Assembly: GCA_003971905.1 (NCBI GenBank)
Contig: RSEE01000007.1
Location: 930,001-994,000, forward strand
Source: Moniliella sp. 'wahieum'
Lineage: Eukaryota
Direction: 5' to 3'
DNA length: 64,000 bases
Made by a program: the position numbers and the translations under genes. The notes below the pieces were generated by a model. It saw only the letters and a program-made list of their open reading frames with translations. It was not told the origin of the DNA and made no database searches. This document shows, piece after piece, positions 1 through 12,369 of this stretch (position 1 is its first letter; the number at the start of each line of letters is the position of its first letter).

Positions 1-1585
1 GAGCTAGGCGGGACGAGAGGGTAGCGCGCTCTTGGATGGCCTTCTCGCTGGTGTCCCAGGCGTGCCATTGGCCCTCGAGGTGGTAGAGGTGGATAAGCTT
101 GCTGGAGGTGATAATGAGCCGAGCCAAACATTGGATCATCGCGTTGGCAGGAAGGGATACAGCTTGGGGGGTATTGAAGCTTAGGCTCGATGAAGGTCTC
201 CTGCTAGAGGAAGAGGTGAAGGATCGACGGGTCGGGTGATTGCGAGAGCCAAGATCAAGGGGGAGGGATGTCAAGACAAAGTCGCCTGTCAAGTCCAGCA
301 GATCATCCAATACGTCATCGGATACTGGGAGTACCCCCGAAGCATAGAGAAGAGCGCGGACAGCAGGCAAGAAGCGGTCAAACGACTCCTTCCATCGGTC
401 GCTAATGATGGTACCAGAAATTGAGGGCTGATCCAAATCGGTCACAACACTGATTAGCCCGCGCAGCTGCGCTGCCATTTCCTCATGGGCCTCGCTGAGC
501 TCGACCATAGCCGTGTCTCCCGGATCGATCTGATGCTGAAGCTCAAGAGCTTCAACCAATTCGGATTGCAGGCGCGGAGGCGCATCTCGAAGAGTGAGGG
601 ATGATGTAGCTGCCGAGTTTGCAGTTGACAAGGGCCCTGCAGAAGGTGGCATGTTCTCCGTTTGGCCATCTACCACATGAGCGGGGTTGGTCTGCAGTGC
701 GTTGCCCGGCAGATGCCCGATACGGTTTTCCTCGGGTGGATCGCTGGATCCGCTCAAAGGAACGGAGTCGGGGGCAACGGAAGAATTGGGCCCCAGTACG
801 TCTTGGCTCCGACTCCGACGATGGGCGGAAGCCGAGGGCACACGCGTTTCCTGGACGGGTGGTTAGTAGGCGTCCCAGTGGAATGCATGCAGGGCATAAA
901 GGGGAAGGGGGATATGGCTCACCATAGGGGCGCTGCCGCGGCGGGCGTTGGCGCGCGGATGCTTTGCGGAACGCATAGTGGCCTGGCGGATCGATTTGAG
1001 GCTGAGTCCGTTTCGGAGAGAACGGATGGGATCCACACGCTGGGCAAACGTATGGGACGAAGCCTTATCGGCTGTGCCGACGCTGGCGAATGTCCGACTG
1101 AATGAGCTGCCCGGTGGCGCCCCGGTCACGGTCGATGAGCTGTCAGACTCTTCTGCGGCAGAGGAGCCAGGCTGCTGGCCACAGGGTGCGTTCTCGGAGT
1201 CCGCATTGGGAGGGTCGTCGTCCACCTCCTCGTAATCGCTGGTGGTGCCGAGAGAAGCAGCGTTGGCAGAGGCGGTGGGAGGCAAGGGAGATAGATGGAG
1301 CGAGGGCGAGCGACTGTCGACAGCGTAGATGAGCTCAATCTCGGAAGGGGAGAGAGGCTGGACAAAGTTGCTGGGGAACCAGCCGCGTATGGGCGGCTCG
1401 GTGTTGTCTCCATGGAGCAGGCCGTCCCACCAGCCCGTTTCGAGCTGGCTGAGGACCTCGATTATGGCGCCCTGGGGGAAGGAGAGCGCGTTGGGGTCCG
1501 TCGCATCATAGTCGTAGATGGTGCGCACCACGAGCCGAGACCCAGGGGACGGCGGGTCGGGTGGATCCGGCGCGGCAGGCGGCAT
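1..1585 (-). CDS. SH3-domain Ras guanine-nucleotide exchange factor, CDC25/SDC25-like (5' part; runs off the window start; frameshifted)
   Basis: The ORF track shows a clear SH3 domain (VVRTIYDYDATDPNALSFPQGAIIEVLSQLETGWWDGLLH...RGWFPSNFV) after ATG 1585. Downstream frames give a low-complexity linker and a helical segment (AVRALLYASG) resembling fungal Cdc25 N-termini. The catalytic GEF domain is not in the window, so the RasGEF call is inference. Confidence 0.65.
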
Positions 1586-2816
1586 GTGGCGCGGATGGAG
1601 GAGGGTCGTGCGGGAGCGGCAGCGGAGGAGGAGGGGGAGGGGGGGATACGAAGAAGATGACGATGGAGATGAGGAGGAGGAGGAGGGGGAGGAGGAGGGA
1701 GGAGGAGGAAGGACAACACGGACAACGACAAGCGCAAGGCCCCCGCGAGAACGAGCAGGCGGGGCGACGGGTGATGTTGAGCTCACCTGGGTGGTCCAGC
1801 GAGGCGGCTGGTCGCTGCAGCCCGTCGATCGGATTCTGCAGCGTGCAACGTCTGTGTCAGAGCACGCCGCCCGCACCGCCCCAGTGTGCCCACCGCGCCA
1901 CGCCCCGACGGACAACTTTTGTGTTGCAATTGCAATCCAACTCGGTTCATGCATCATGTTCAACGTTCAGCTTCATCGATCTCATCCTTCGTCGACATCG
2001 CTCATCGACATCCCACTCCTCGCCCGGCCTCCCCCTCGCTCGCCTTGCCGCTCGGCGTTGCTCGCCCCCCCCGTCTGATCACATGCACACTCTACTCCTA
2101 GCTCGCCACGCTGGAGCGCACAGTTGCCGCTGCCGCCAAGATGCTGAAGCAGGAGAGGGCTGGTTGTGCGGGCTTTGTTATTGCGAGCGCCCCATGTTGG
2201 GGGTGCACTGCTTGGCGACCAGGACGGATTCGGTACCGGACTCCCACTGTGCGTGAAGGTGGGCATTTTTCTGACCTGCGATGCGCACGGCCCGAGCAAA
2301 GTCAGCAGTCAGCCGCTCAGCCAATCAGACAGTCGTCCCTATCGTCCCGATCCCTATTCAATTGTTCAAGCCACTAATCACGAAGCGGCGCTTAGCGCGC
2401 TCATTTTCAGCCGCTCAGCGGGCCAGGAGTAAGCACCCAACATGCGGACCGCCCAACGCACCATCGTGCCATTCAAAATTCCCCCTCCGTTGGCGGCAAA
2501 GAGGCCCTTGCTCCACAGCCATCTCACACCTCTCGCTATTCAGTAGCAGCCTCAGTATCCTCAGTATCCTCAGTACCCTCATTGAGCCGTTGAGGGTCCC
2601 GTCGAATGCTTTAAAGCTCAACGTGCTCAAGCTACGAAACGGGGTGTTTTGGGCTCACTATCAGTCCCCCTCCCCGCCCTCCCTGAGCCTCCCAACCGGC
2701 AACCTCCGAAAGACTCAACATGCTCCAAACACCTTGATTATGATCATCGTGGAGGACGAATGAGGAAATGCAAGCCGCTGGGGGTCCCGGGCAGTGGCCA
2801 GGCCACTTGGCCAGGC

Positions 2817-3660
2817 TCACTTACTTTTTCGGGCGGAAGGTTTTGCTTGTCTCCCCATCCGTAGTTGTTGTAGCTCTGCGGGCCGTCCCTGCATGGGCAT
2901 CAAGAGCATCGCGCGTGCGCGCTTGATGGCCTTGGTCACGCGCCGTTGGTTTTGCTGGAGCAGCCGCGTCTCGCTACGCGGGTAAATTTTGCCCATCCGA
3001 CTCACATAGGGCGCCAAGAGCGAGACGTTCTTGTACGAGTCGTCAAACAGCGACGGTTTCTTCGGGTTCAGCCCCAGCTGGAAAAACGGGTCGTACTTCT
3101 CTGCTACATGACGACGCGGCGCAAACAGCGCAGCCGCTTACGCCGCGATCGCGTCGTTCCTCTCTCCATCAGATCCGCGTGGTGAACTGCCGAGCCAACG
3201 TTAGTACAGCACACCTCAGGCTACAATGCCAGCACACATGGCATGCAAGTAAAAGAGATACGCACCGTACCCCATTCCAGATGGGACTGCAATTGGCGGC
3301 GCACAGTGGCCTTGCGCGAGTGGCCTGCATCGCATTGTCGGTCATGCGCCGCGTCTCAACAAGTTGCTCCGTCCGCCCGCCTGACTCCCATCCGCCTGCT
3401 CTCCATGTCCGTCCGGCTCTCCCCCCTCGCTCGGGGTTGAGGCGACTTGAGGAACGTGCGCGGGCGCGTGTCCATCCGGTTGAGGTGGGACTTTTGGATG
3501 GAGCGAGCCAGCTGCTCGAGTGGACCCGAGGCGGCGCGGTGGGGTTGTTGGGGTCGGACACGCCGCTGAATTGCCGGATGCCACCGACGGCGAAGCGGGC
3601 GGCGGGAGTAGGCGCGGAAGCCAGGCCGCAGCGGCCCAGGGAGCGGATGAGCGAGCGCAT
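2817..3660 (-). CDS. RSM18: Mitochondrial ribosomal protein S18 (bS18m), intron-containing
   Basis: N-terminal Arg/Ser-rich presequence (MRSLIRSLGRCGLAS...RQFS). The C-terminal exon YKNVSLLAPYVSRMGKIYPRSETRLLQQNQRRVTKAIKRARAMLLMP matches the ribosomal S18 signature. Confidence 0.85.
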
Positions 3661-4186
3661 CGTCGGTGGTGCCAGCTGTCAAGAACGCCGGTCCTTGGTT
3701 GGCGCGGACGATGGAGGGAGCGAGGAGAGCTTCTTCGGTTACGTAACAGCAGCCATGGCTGAACATTCCCAGCACTGCCGTGTGACACGCTTGTGACCAG
3801 GCGCCCAGCGGTAAAGAAACTTTCAAATCGGAATGCGGAAGTTGCAACTGAAAACTCGCGGAATCACCGATCACTCGATCACTAGTCACTATGCAGGCGC
3901 CATACACCGAGCATGGCGCTGGTCCAATGCCCCACTATATTCGAGACCATTACAGGCCACCCCGACCACGGCCATCCCAGAAGGGGGCAAATATCAACTG
4001 CATCTAGCCCCCTGCTCCCACCCGGCCCAAGACGCGGACGAGAGCAATCCAAACAGGGGCGGAGGCAAAGGGAACAGGAGTGGAGGAACAAGAAAGGAAA
4101 GGAAAGGGAATCAGGGTAGTGATTGTCGGTAGGGAAAACAGAGCCATAATGCATACGCACCCACGCACCTAAGCGTTGCTGCTCTC

Positions 4187-7100
4187 TCATGTCTTCTTGA
4201 AAGGATTGTGCATCCGAGACCGGCGTTTGCCACCAAACACGCTGCTGGTATCCGGGGAGAGGGAGCCCGAGTCCGTGGCAAACTCGGGGGGGATGGGCGC
4301 ACCGGGGGCGGAACCAACTCGGGGCTTGCCTCGGCGCCGCGAACGGAAGGCGACGAGTCGGATTCGTTGCCATCGTCGTCCTTGTGGCCTACGCGGCGCA
4401 TGAATCCAAATGCCTTGGATGGCGCCGAGAACGCGGTCTTGCCCACCTGGCCCACCGCCTTGATCCCGGCCTTGCCCACTTGCCCAGGCACAGCCACCGC
4501 GCCGCCTCCGCCGCGCGCGACGCAAGTGGCACCCACGCGGCCCGCCACGACAGAGCGACAGTGACAGTCGGTTGGTTGTCGCCAGCGCCTTCGCCCACCA
4601 GCGGGACAGTGACCGTCAAGGGTTCGCCTGAGACGGAAGAGAGGTCCAACTGAGCCTGGCCCAACGGATCTGGCGTCCCCACTTGATCCCAATCGTTCAT
4701 CGTAATCACCACGGGCTGCGTCGCTCGAGACGCCACCACGACCTCTTCCAGCGTCTCGTTAAAGTCGGGATCAAGCGTCTTCTTCACCACTTTGGACTTG
4801 GCCGTCCGCTCGCCGTCAACCAGGATGCGAGCGTACGGGTCGGACGACTTGCCTCGATCCGCCGCGCGCAAGTGAGCAGCGGAGACGAGGTGGACGGTGA
4901 GGTACCCATGGTTGTCAAACCGCTCCGCCCGATCCAGGCTGAGGGGCAAGGGAACGTACTTGCACATCAGCGTCACACGGTTGCCTCCCTCGCCCGAGCC
5001 ACGCTTGGCTGTAAGCGGGATGGTCACAGGTTTGTCGAACGCCTTGCTGAGCAGCTCCCGAGTCGAGCCCTCGTACTCAGCGTACACATCGTCCGGGTCC
5101 TCGCTGATACCCTTCCGGAAGCGAATAAGAACCGCGAAGGAGCCAGCTCCCGAATCACCCGCTCATGCACATCATCCAGAGTCAGAGTACCAGAAGACTT
5201 GGACGGCTCAGTCTGGTAAGAGGGCCAGGACGACTCGTCAAACCAAATCTCAATTGACGTTTTCTCCCTGTTGACCGACGCAGAAAGGACATTGAAGGCG
5301 AGCATGCCGCTCTTGGACTCTAGCAACTGGGAAAGGGTACGCGTAACGGGTTCAGGTTCGGGCTCCTTCTCCTCCTCAGCCTCGCCCTCACCGCCTGTAG
5401 CCTTTTCACCCGACGTCTTGGGGTCCGTCGCATCCTTGGCTTGAACATCCGCCTTCTTGGCATCCGCGGGAACAGCTTCCTTGACCTCCTCCTTGGATGG
5501 GCGATCGGGCTTCGCCTCCACCTTCTCTCCGCCATGTGCAGCAAGGAAGTTGACGCCTTGCAGGTTGAGCGCAGGGACAAACTCCACATCGTACTCGACA
5601 GTGCCTTTGTATTGATGCTTACCGACCGCGATCATTTCCCGACGCTGCTGCTTGCCCAATGACTTGAACGGATACTCATTCTCCTTCTTGTTCTCCTCGG
5701 CCAGTTCGGACACGGGATAGTCACCATGCCCAAAGGACGGTGCTTGCCATTGTTCTGGAAGTCTTGCAGCTCCAGCACCACAGTGTCCGACAGGCTGTGC
5801 ACCGGGGAGTAAATGATCTCGTTCCAAACCGGGTCAAGGTTGCTTTCCTGCACATTGGTACGGTCGACGATCGCGCCACGGAAGCGAAGCTGTGCATACG
5901 GATCGCTCTTCCCTCCCGAAATGGCCTCAACGTTTTTGATATCCAACGCGCGCTTGGCCCATACCTTGAGAGTACCAATGGGAGGTGTGTAACCCTCCCC
6001 ACCGTTCGCGCCGCCAGTCATAGCCACCGGCTTCCAAAGCGTGGAGAAACGCACTTTTGCCCCCTTGCCCAAATCAAACCATTCCTGCTCTTTTGCCTTT
6101 GCCTGGATCAAATCCTGCAGCCGCTTGGTCACTTGTCCTACGACATTGGTCGAGCCCATTTCTGAAGTAACAACTTGGATGGTCACCCTGCTCGCATCCC
6201 GGTTGGTCGATAAGAATTCCTTGGTGTACGCCCAGTGAGGGGTCGTGGTGCGCTTCTTGGTAGAGGACTCGCCCACTGTCTTGCCATCCATCAGGATCCG
6301 AACCCACGTCGACGGTTCTCCCAGGCCTCGCTTGGACAAGCCCTTGGCCTCGTATACCGAGAGACGGACAATGCCACTGCGCGACTCTGGGATTGCTTCG
6401 GCCTGGCCATCGGGACCCTTGGTAGCCGTAAGCACAGGGAAGTACTTGAGAGAATAGTTGAGAGTACCACGATACCGCCCGCCCATCTGAACCGGAGAAG
6501 AAAGACCCTCCCGCTCGGGCTCGGTGTCGAGTCCATCGAGAGGGTAGGACACAATACCGAGCTTAGTGTCGGGACGGTGGTCATTGAAATCCATGAGATG
6601 AAGAGTAAGGAAACCATTGAGGTTGCGGACCAGAGCATACTGCGTTCCTTCCAGGTGGGGGAGTTTGTCGAGGGGATCGTCTTGGTGCGTCCCTGCAATT
6701 CGCCATCGTCAATGGCCAACGCCACGTACGGATCGGGCTTTCCGCCGCCAAATTTAGCACCCTTAATGTCCGTTGCGTTAGCAATGGTGACCTGCACCAC
6801 GCCGGTAGCCGAGTCCAAAGGTTGCCCCGCCAAGAGCTCTTCCACATTGAGGGAGAAGACATTAGGGGCATACACCATGGGTCCAAGAATATTGTTGACT
6901 TGATCCTTAATAAAGTTAGTGAGACCAGGGAGGTTGTTGACGTCCCAGCCAAAAGTATGGCCACCAACGGGTTTCAATACATAATCATAGTAAGGTGGTT
7001 CCAACATCGTCACATCGACAATTTGCACGTGCGGGAAATTGGTCACCAGCTTCAGACGCAGGCGCAGGTAGCCATTGAACGTAAAGTCTTCTACATCGAT

Positions 7101-8302
7101 CGGAAGCGTAACCAGCGCAGGGCCTTTGCCAAGTTTGACAGAGATACGAATGCGGGGGTTGACAATGTTGGCCGACTGCCGCGCGGTAAGGTCAATGTTG
7201 TCGTGAGGCGTGAAGCTAAACCTCCAATCCATCAGGACCACATCATCAGGAGTGTCGGGGAACGTGCGGACATGATTGACACGGGGCGGCTTCGAGCCAA
7301 GGGTAAACGTAGACCTTGGGATTTCAAGTCAGTTTTTTTGGACAGGCAGCGTCAAAAGAGAAACTATGCTTACAGGCGAACCGAATCGATAAACTTGGGC
7401 AGGTATTGCGGGATTTGCTGCTCGGCTTGGGAGACAACCATACCGCAGATAATGGGTTCAAAAATAGGCCAAAAGCGGGCCAGGAAGAAGTTGGCCCATT
7501 CCATCGTCTCGAACTGATCTTCCATCTTTTTGGACTGGAGCTCGCGTGTGATTTGGTCGCGGGCACGCTGACGAGCGCGGCGCATACCGGCGTTCCAGTA
7601 TACAGCTGAAGCCGCGCCCACAGTCAGTGCACCGCCTAGACCGAGGCCCAAGCGGGTGGCGAGCCAAGTGAGCAGAATAGTGGCCAATGCGGCGGCAGCT
7701 TGAAACCACCAGAAGCCAAGGAACTTGTCCGGAACGGCGGCGGTAACAAGGGTGGACTCCCACGACATTTGCTTGACCTCATCGCTTTCAACTTCCGCCA
7801 AGGTACGCGTTTCAGGGCCATCGCGAGGAGCTCCGAGGTATTCGGCAAATTCGTGAAGAGACTTGCGCTTGTCGGATCTGCCAGGGGACGCACCATCCTT
7901 AGCCTCAGGGGTAGGGGCACCCTTTGCGCTGGGCGGAGGGGCGGGCGCGGCAGTCCGTTCAAAGTCCAGGGGCGGGTCGAGGTAGCGAGTGTTGAATGCG
8001 CGCGCACCCGTCCATCCAATGATTGCGTCGGGGCGCACCCCGCCAACGGCTGTGGTGGTCTGCGTCGCATCGCCCGAGCCGTCCTGGCCTTCCTGCTTGC
8101 TGATGCGTTGGATGTCGGCGAGGGAGATGGTGGGGCGAGCGAGACGGGCAGCTGGGCCAAGGTCCGAGGGCAGGCCGGCGCCGTCGGCAAGCTTGGGCGC
8201 CTTCTTCAGCGCACCTCCCTGGGCAGCAGCGGCGGCGACGGCGGCATCGGCCTGAGCCTCGGGCGAGTCCGAGTGGGTGGGGGCGTCGTGGGGATCAGCC
8301 AT
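4187..8302 (-). CDS. TCB: Tricalbin / extended synaptotagmin (TM hairpin + SMP + multiple C2 domains), ER-PM tether
   Basis: TM hairpin (AAAALATILLTWLATRLGLGLGG), SMP start (ETMEWANFFLARFWPIFEP), SMP core (LRLRLKLVTNFPHVQIVDVTMLEPP) and several C2 domains (GKPDPYV, GKSDPYAQL, AADRGKSSDPYARI). Intron near 7315-7373. Several frameshifts. Confidence 0.9.
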
Positions 8303-9923
8303 GCTGGCACAGACAACGCAGGAGGCGGTGGTGGAGAGAGCGAAGAAGACGAAGGGCAAGGGCTGCCGAGGCAGCAAGTGAGGTCGTGACAATGCCGCCC
8401 AGCCCATGCGCCGCACCACACCGCACAGCCCAGCACAGCACCACCACACATGCGGCCTGCAAGCGAGCGGTGCAGCGTCGGCAGTTCCTACTGGCAGCAG
8501 CCTGCCGCCGTGCATCCACACCGCCCCCATGCCCCTGCACCTGCCGAGCCTGCGCCCGCCGCCGACGTCACCTATCATGCGTTCCGCGTGCGCGTGAACG
8601 CGCAATGTTGAACGTTGGCCGCAGTACGCCACGGCCGTGCACAATGTTCCCTCACGCGTCACGCGCACGGGGCACCGCCCAGTGTCGCTCTGCGCAGCAC
8701 AGCAGCAGTGTCCCGCAGCGGCGTGCCGGCGATCTCATGCACATGCCCAGGGAGCAGTGGTCGGATGGCTGAGCAGCCCCATGCGCCTGCAGAGCTGCAG
8801 CGCCGCGGCCGGCTGCAACGTGCCTGTGTTTGTAGCGCGCAGCGTACCTGTGTTTGCGGCGCCCCGCTCCAGACGCGGCTACCACCGTGTTGGCCGCACC
8901 ACAGCGCATCACCCGTCACGTGACATCCTGTGGCAGTGGTGGTGGCGCTGCTGGCAACAGCACGCGGTGCGGGACGGTGCTGTGCTGCGCTGCGCTGCGG
9001 TAGACAGACGAAGCAGAGCCGGCAGCCTGCAGAGCGATATCGATGCTCCATTCTCAACGTCTCGATATTCAATGCGCTCAATCTACGATGCAGCAGTCCA
9101 GAGCAGCCCGCGCCGAGCAGCGCAGCCGATCGTTGTTCGGCAGCCCAACCAGGCACGCCGGAGCAGCACGCAGCCACGCAGCATCCAGCCCAACGTGTGC
9201 ATACCAGCGCATGGCCCCAACGTACCATTGACCTACCCACCGGCATCGCGAGCGACCTCGCCGGCCTCACCGGTCACCGGCCTTACTGTAGTCAGTACTC
9301 AGTGCAGCTCAGTGCCAGTCATTGATCCGCTCATCCATCATCCACCATCCGGCCCTCCCCGCGGGATTGGCTACTTCTACGCTCCATCTGCCCAGGCCCT
9401 ACTACGTACCAGGCTCCCTGCTCCGCCCTGCCCCCCTTTCTCGCTCCGGCTTCTCTACGCTCCCCCAAATCCATCATCGATCATCGATCATCGACGATCA
9501 AGCGGATCCAGTCGATCAAGAAAGAGCGGGGTCCAACGTTCAACGGAAGCGGCCTGCTTGCCATTTTTTGCCTAGTTCTTCTGTTGGTCTAGAGCGCGCC
9601 AGCGCTTTGTGCTTTTCTGCATTCCGCCCTGCTGCCTGTGCCTCTGAGGGGGGGATTTCGGTACGTGTCTGCGGACCTATTACACACGAACACCGTCAAA
9701 ACACGTGGGCTTGACCGGTTCTCGCGTTGCTAGTTGCTAATTCCTCTCGCCGTCTATTCCGCTCTCGCGGGCGGCAAGGCGGAATTGGGGGTGGCGAGTT
9801 GGGTTGGCGTCGCGCTGGGCGGGACGCGTTGAAGCGCGAAGCTCGAAGCTTGAAGCTTTTTGAAGCTTGCCTGCGGACGACAGCACCCACCCTACCACGC
9901 TCTGGGTCCCTGCTCTCTTGGTC

Positions 9924-10677
9924 ATGGGACGCATCTCGTTGACCTTGGTCGTGGCCTGCAGTCCCTCCAACGGGATTGGCAAGGACGGCGGCCTGCCCTG
10001 GCGTCTGAAGCGCGAGATGGCCTACTTTCGCCACGTCACTTCGCGTTCGCCTGCTGCATCCGCCAGCCCCAACGCCGTGCTCATGGGCCGCAACACCTGG
10101 CTCTCCGTCCCCCCAAATTCCGGCCGCTGGCAGGACGGGTCAACGTGGTCTTGTCGCAACGGAGCGATGCGGCGACGCTGGGTGTACGTACTTTTTCCCC
10201 CGCCGGCAACCCAACGCAAAAGCAAACGCAGAACAAAAACTGGATGGATCGTAGCTAACCCCTTGTCCGCTCCCCAGCGGGCGACGACGCGTACCATTGC
10301 CGCACGTTGGAGGAGGCGTCGCGTCTGTTGCAAGCCAAGAACATTGGCCGCGCCTTCCTCATCGGCGGCGCAGAACTCTACTCTTCCTTTCTCAAGACGC
10401 CCGAGCAGGGGGGTTTGTGCTGGACCGCCTGCTGATCACTCGCTTGGCGTCCGAGTTTGAGTGCGACACCTTTTTGCCGCCCAATTTGCCCGGCTCCACG
10501 CTTCCCGAGCAGGTCGCGGGCGGGCGGGAGTGGCGACGGGCCACCCCAGCTGAGCTGCTCGACTGGGTGCCGGCGGGCACTGACTTGTCCTCAGGACTCC
10601 GGGCCATACTCCAGTCGGGTCCCGAGGGGCTACAGGAGGAGGATGGGGTGCGGTATGAGATGCAGATGTGGGTGTAG
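9924..10677 (+). CDS. DFR1: Dihydrofolate reductase
   Basis: LVVACSPSNGIGKDGGLPWRLKREMAYF...NAVLMGRNTWLSVP, then FLIGGAELY and ITRLASEFECDTFLP motifs. Intron ~10184-10277 (GTACGT..GCTAAC..CAG). Minor frameshifts. Confidence 0.93.
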
Positions 10678-10780
10678 AGCATGGATTTGGGATTGTATGA
10701 CATGGCATGGCATAAATGGGATGAAATGCCAAGTTCCGCAACGGGTTGAGCCGCCGGGACAAGGATGGGAGAGACGAGCG

Positions 10781-12369
10781 TCAAAAGACAAAAGGAATGA
10801 AACGGTAGGGCACAATTTCGCAGTACTTGTCCCAGTCCTTGCCGTACTTGCGTGCGCAGCGATCAAAGTCGCGTCCGCAGCGGTGCGTAAGGACGGTGAG
10901 GAAGAACGCAGCGTAAAAGTACGGGATGAAGGAGCCCGTGCCGGCACACGCGCCCCAGGTGAAAGACTGGATCCAGTCGGCGGTGTAGTTGGGCTTGCGA
11001 AGGTAGGCCCACCAGCCGTCGATCAGCAGCGCGTTTCCGTGTTCGGTTTGCAAGTACACAGGGTCGCGCAGCGTCGACCAGGGCCACTGGGGGAAGGAGA
11101 AGCGGGTCTCGATACTGCCCTTTTGAAGTAGGATGCGGAAGCGCGACTTTTGGGCCATGGACGAGTCAAATACCCAATGCACAAACAGGAGCGTGCCAAA
11201 CAGCGCCACGTACCCCAAGGTAGAGAAGCGGTAGGTGCTGGGATCGTGCTGCGACATGTACACGATCGAGTAGCAGTAGGTGAAAGGCACACCGGCCAAG
11301 TTCCAGTACGAGACGAGGAAACCGGCCTTCTCGTAGAACATGTCCCAGGTTTGGGGGATCAGCTCTTCGCCCTTGCAGCAGGCATTGAGGTACAGGCCAG
11401 TGGCAAGGATCATGAAAGCCATGTTGGGCGACACGTAGCCGTACTCATCGTATTGCCGCGCAGCACCAGCCAAGGAAATCTCAAAGAGCAGGACCCAGGG
11501 AATGCGCACCTCGGCCCACATCTTGAGGTCTACCACGCCAAAGCGAGGGTTGAGCGAGGCACCCATAAAGTAGTCGTAGAAAAAGTTGCCACTCATCCGG
11601 TGCGTCGTGCCGTGCACGACGGCCGACACGTAGAGGATCAAAGGATAGAGGAAGCCAGAGATGATGGCCACCGTCATGTACTCACCAAAGTGATACATGA
11701 TCGTTTGCAGTTGGTACACTCCGCTAAAGTGCAACGCGGCGGTGACAACCAGCGTAGCATACAGAGAAGAAAGCGCATTGCACTTGTACCACAACGTCTT
11801 GTATCCAAGAGACGGCACAGGCAGACCCTCTTGCCAGTAACCAGGCATCACAACCGCAAGGAAGAGCTGGAACACGATCAGGCCGCCGTACCCGCGAATC
11901 GCACGCCAGGTCGGAAACGCCTCGGTGTAAATATGGTTCCCCATGCGCTGGAGAAATGGGTAGACGTCACTCAAGCTCGAAGGGTACACCAACTTGCCAT
12001 CGTAGAACCAGAGGCAGATCCAGAGGTAGTACATGAGGGTAGGGAAAAAGACCATCATGAACGCTGTGCCGACAGGACCACCAAACTCATATCTGGGGAC
12101 AATGTGTCAGAGCTGAAAGGAACAGGATAACATACATACTCATGGTGCTGGTCGAGCAGCTTGTCCTTCTCGCGGCCCTGCTCGGAGATGACGATGCCCG
12201 GCTGATGGTGAACCATCTCGTTGCGCGCCTTGATGTTGCCCCACACAATCTGAGGATCGCGTGGGTCAGGGTGGCGCCAGCGGTGGTTGTAGGGGCCCTT
12301 GGTCTTGGGAACCTCGGCCGGGTTGACCTTGGAGGCCGGCTTGCGTTCCCGCATGCCCTCAGACGACAT
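10781..12369 (-). CDS. ERG4: Delta(24(24(1)))-sterol reductase (ERG4/ERG24 family)
   Basis: A 425-aa multi-TM ORF with MSGNFFYDYFMGASLNPR, DMFYEKAGF, LLIDGWWAYLRKPNYTAD and HRCGRDFDRCARKYGKDWDKYC motifs. An upstream exon joins via intron 12093-12139 (HEYEFGGPVG). Confidence 0.93.

Noticed and set aside
1600..1720. GGA/GAG purine tract (also the AAAAG tract at 27775-27865)
   Set aside because: Ordinary simple-sequence UTR tracts; no further structure seen.
8400..9600. Multiple overlapping Arg/Ala/Cys-rich ORFs between tricalbin and DHFR
   Set aside because: GC-rich promoter/UTR DNA with GCAGC-type low complexity and no coherent protein signal.
11150..12130. Long antisense ORFs (326 aa opposite ERG4; similar ones opposite LHS1, Mug190-like and the TTP gene)
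   Set aside because: Expected shadow ORFs in GC-rich, codon-biased DNA; no recognisable domains.
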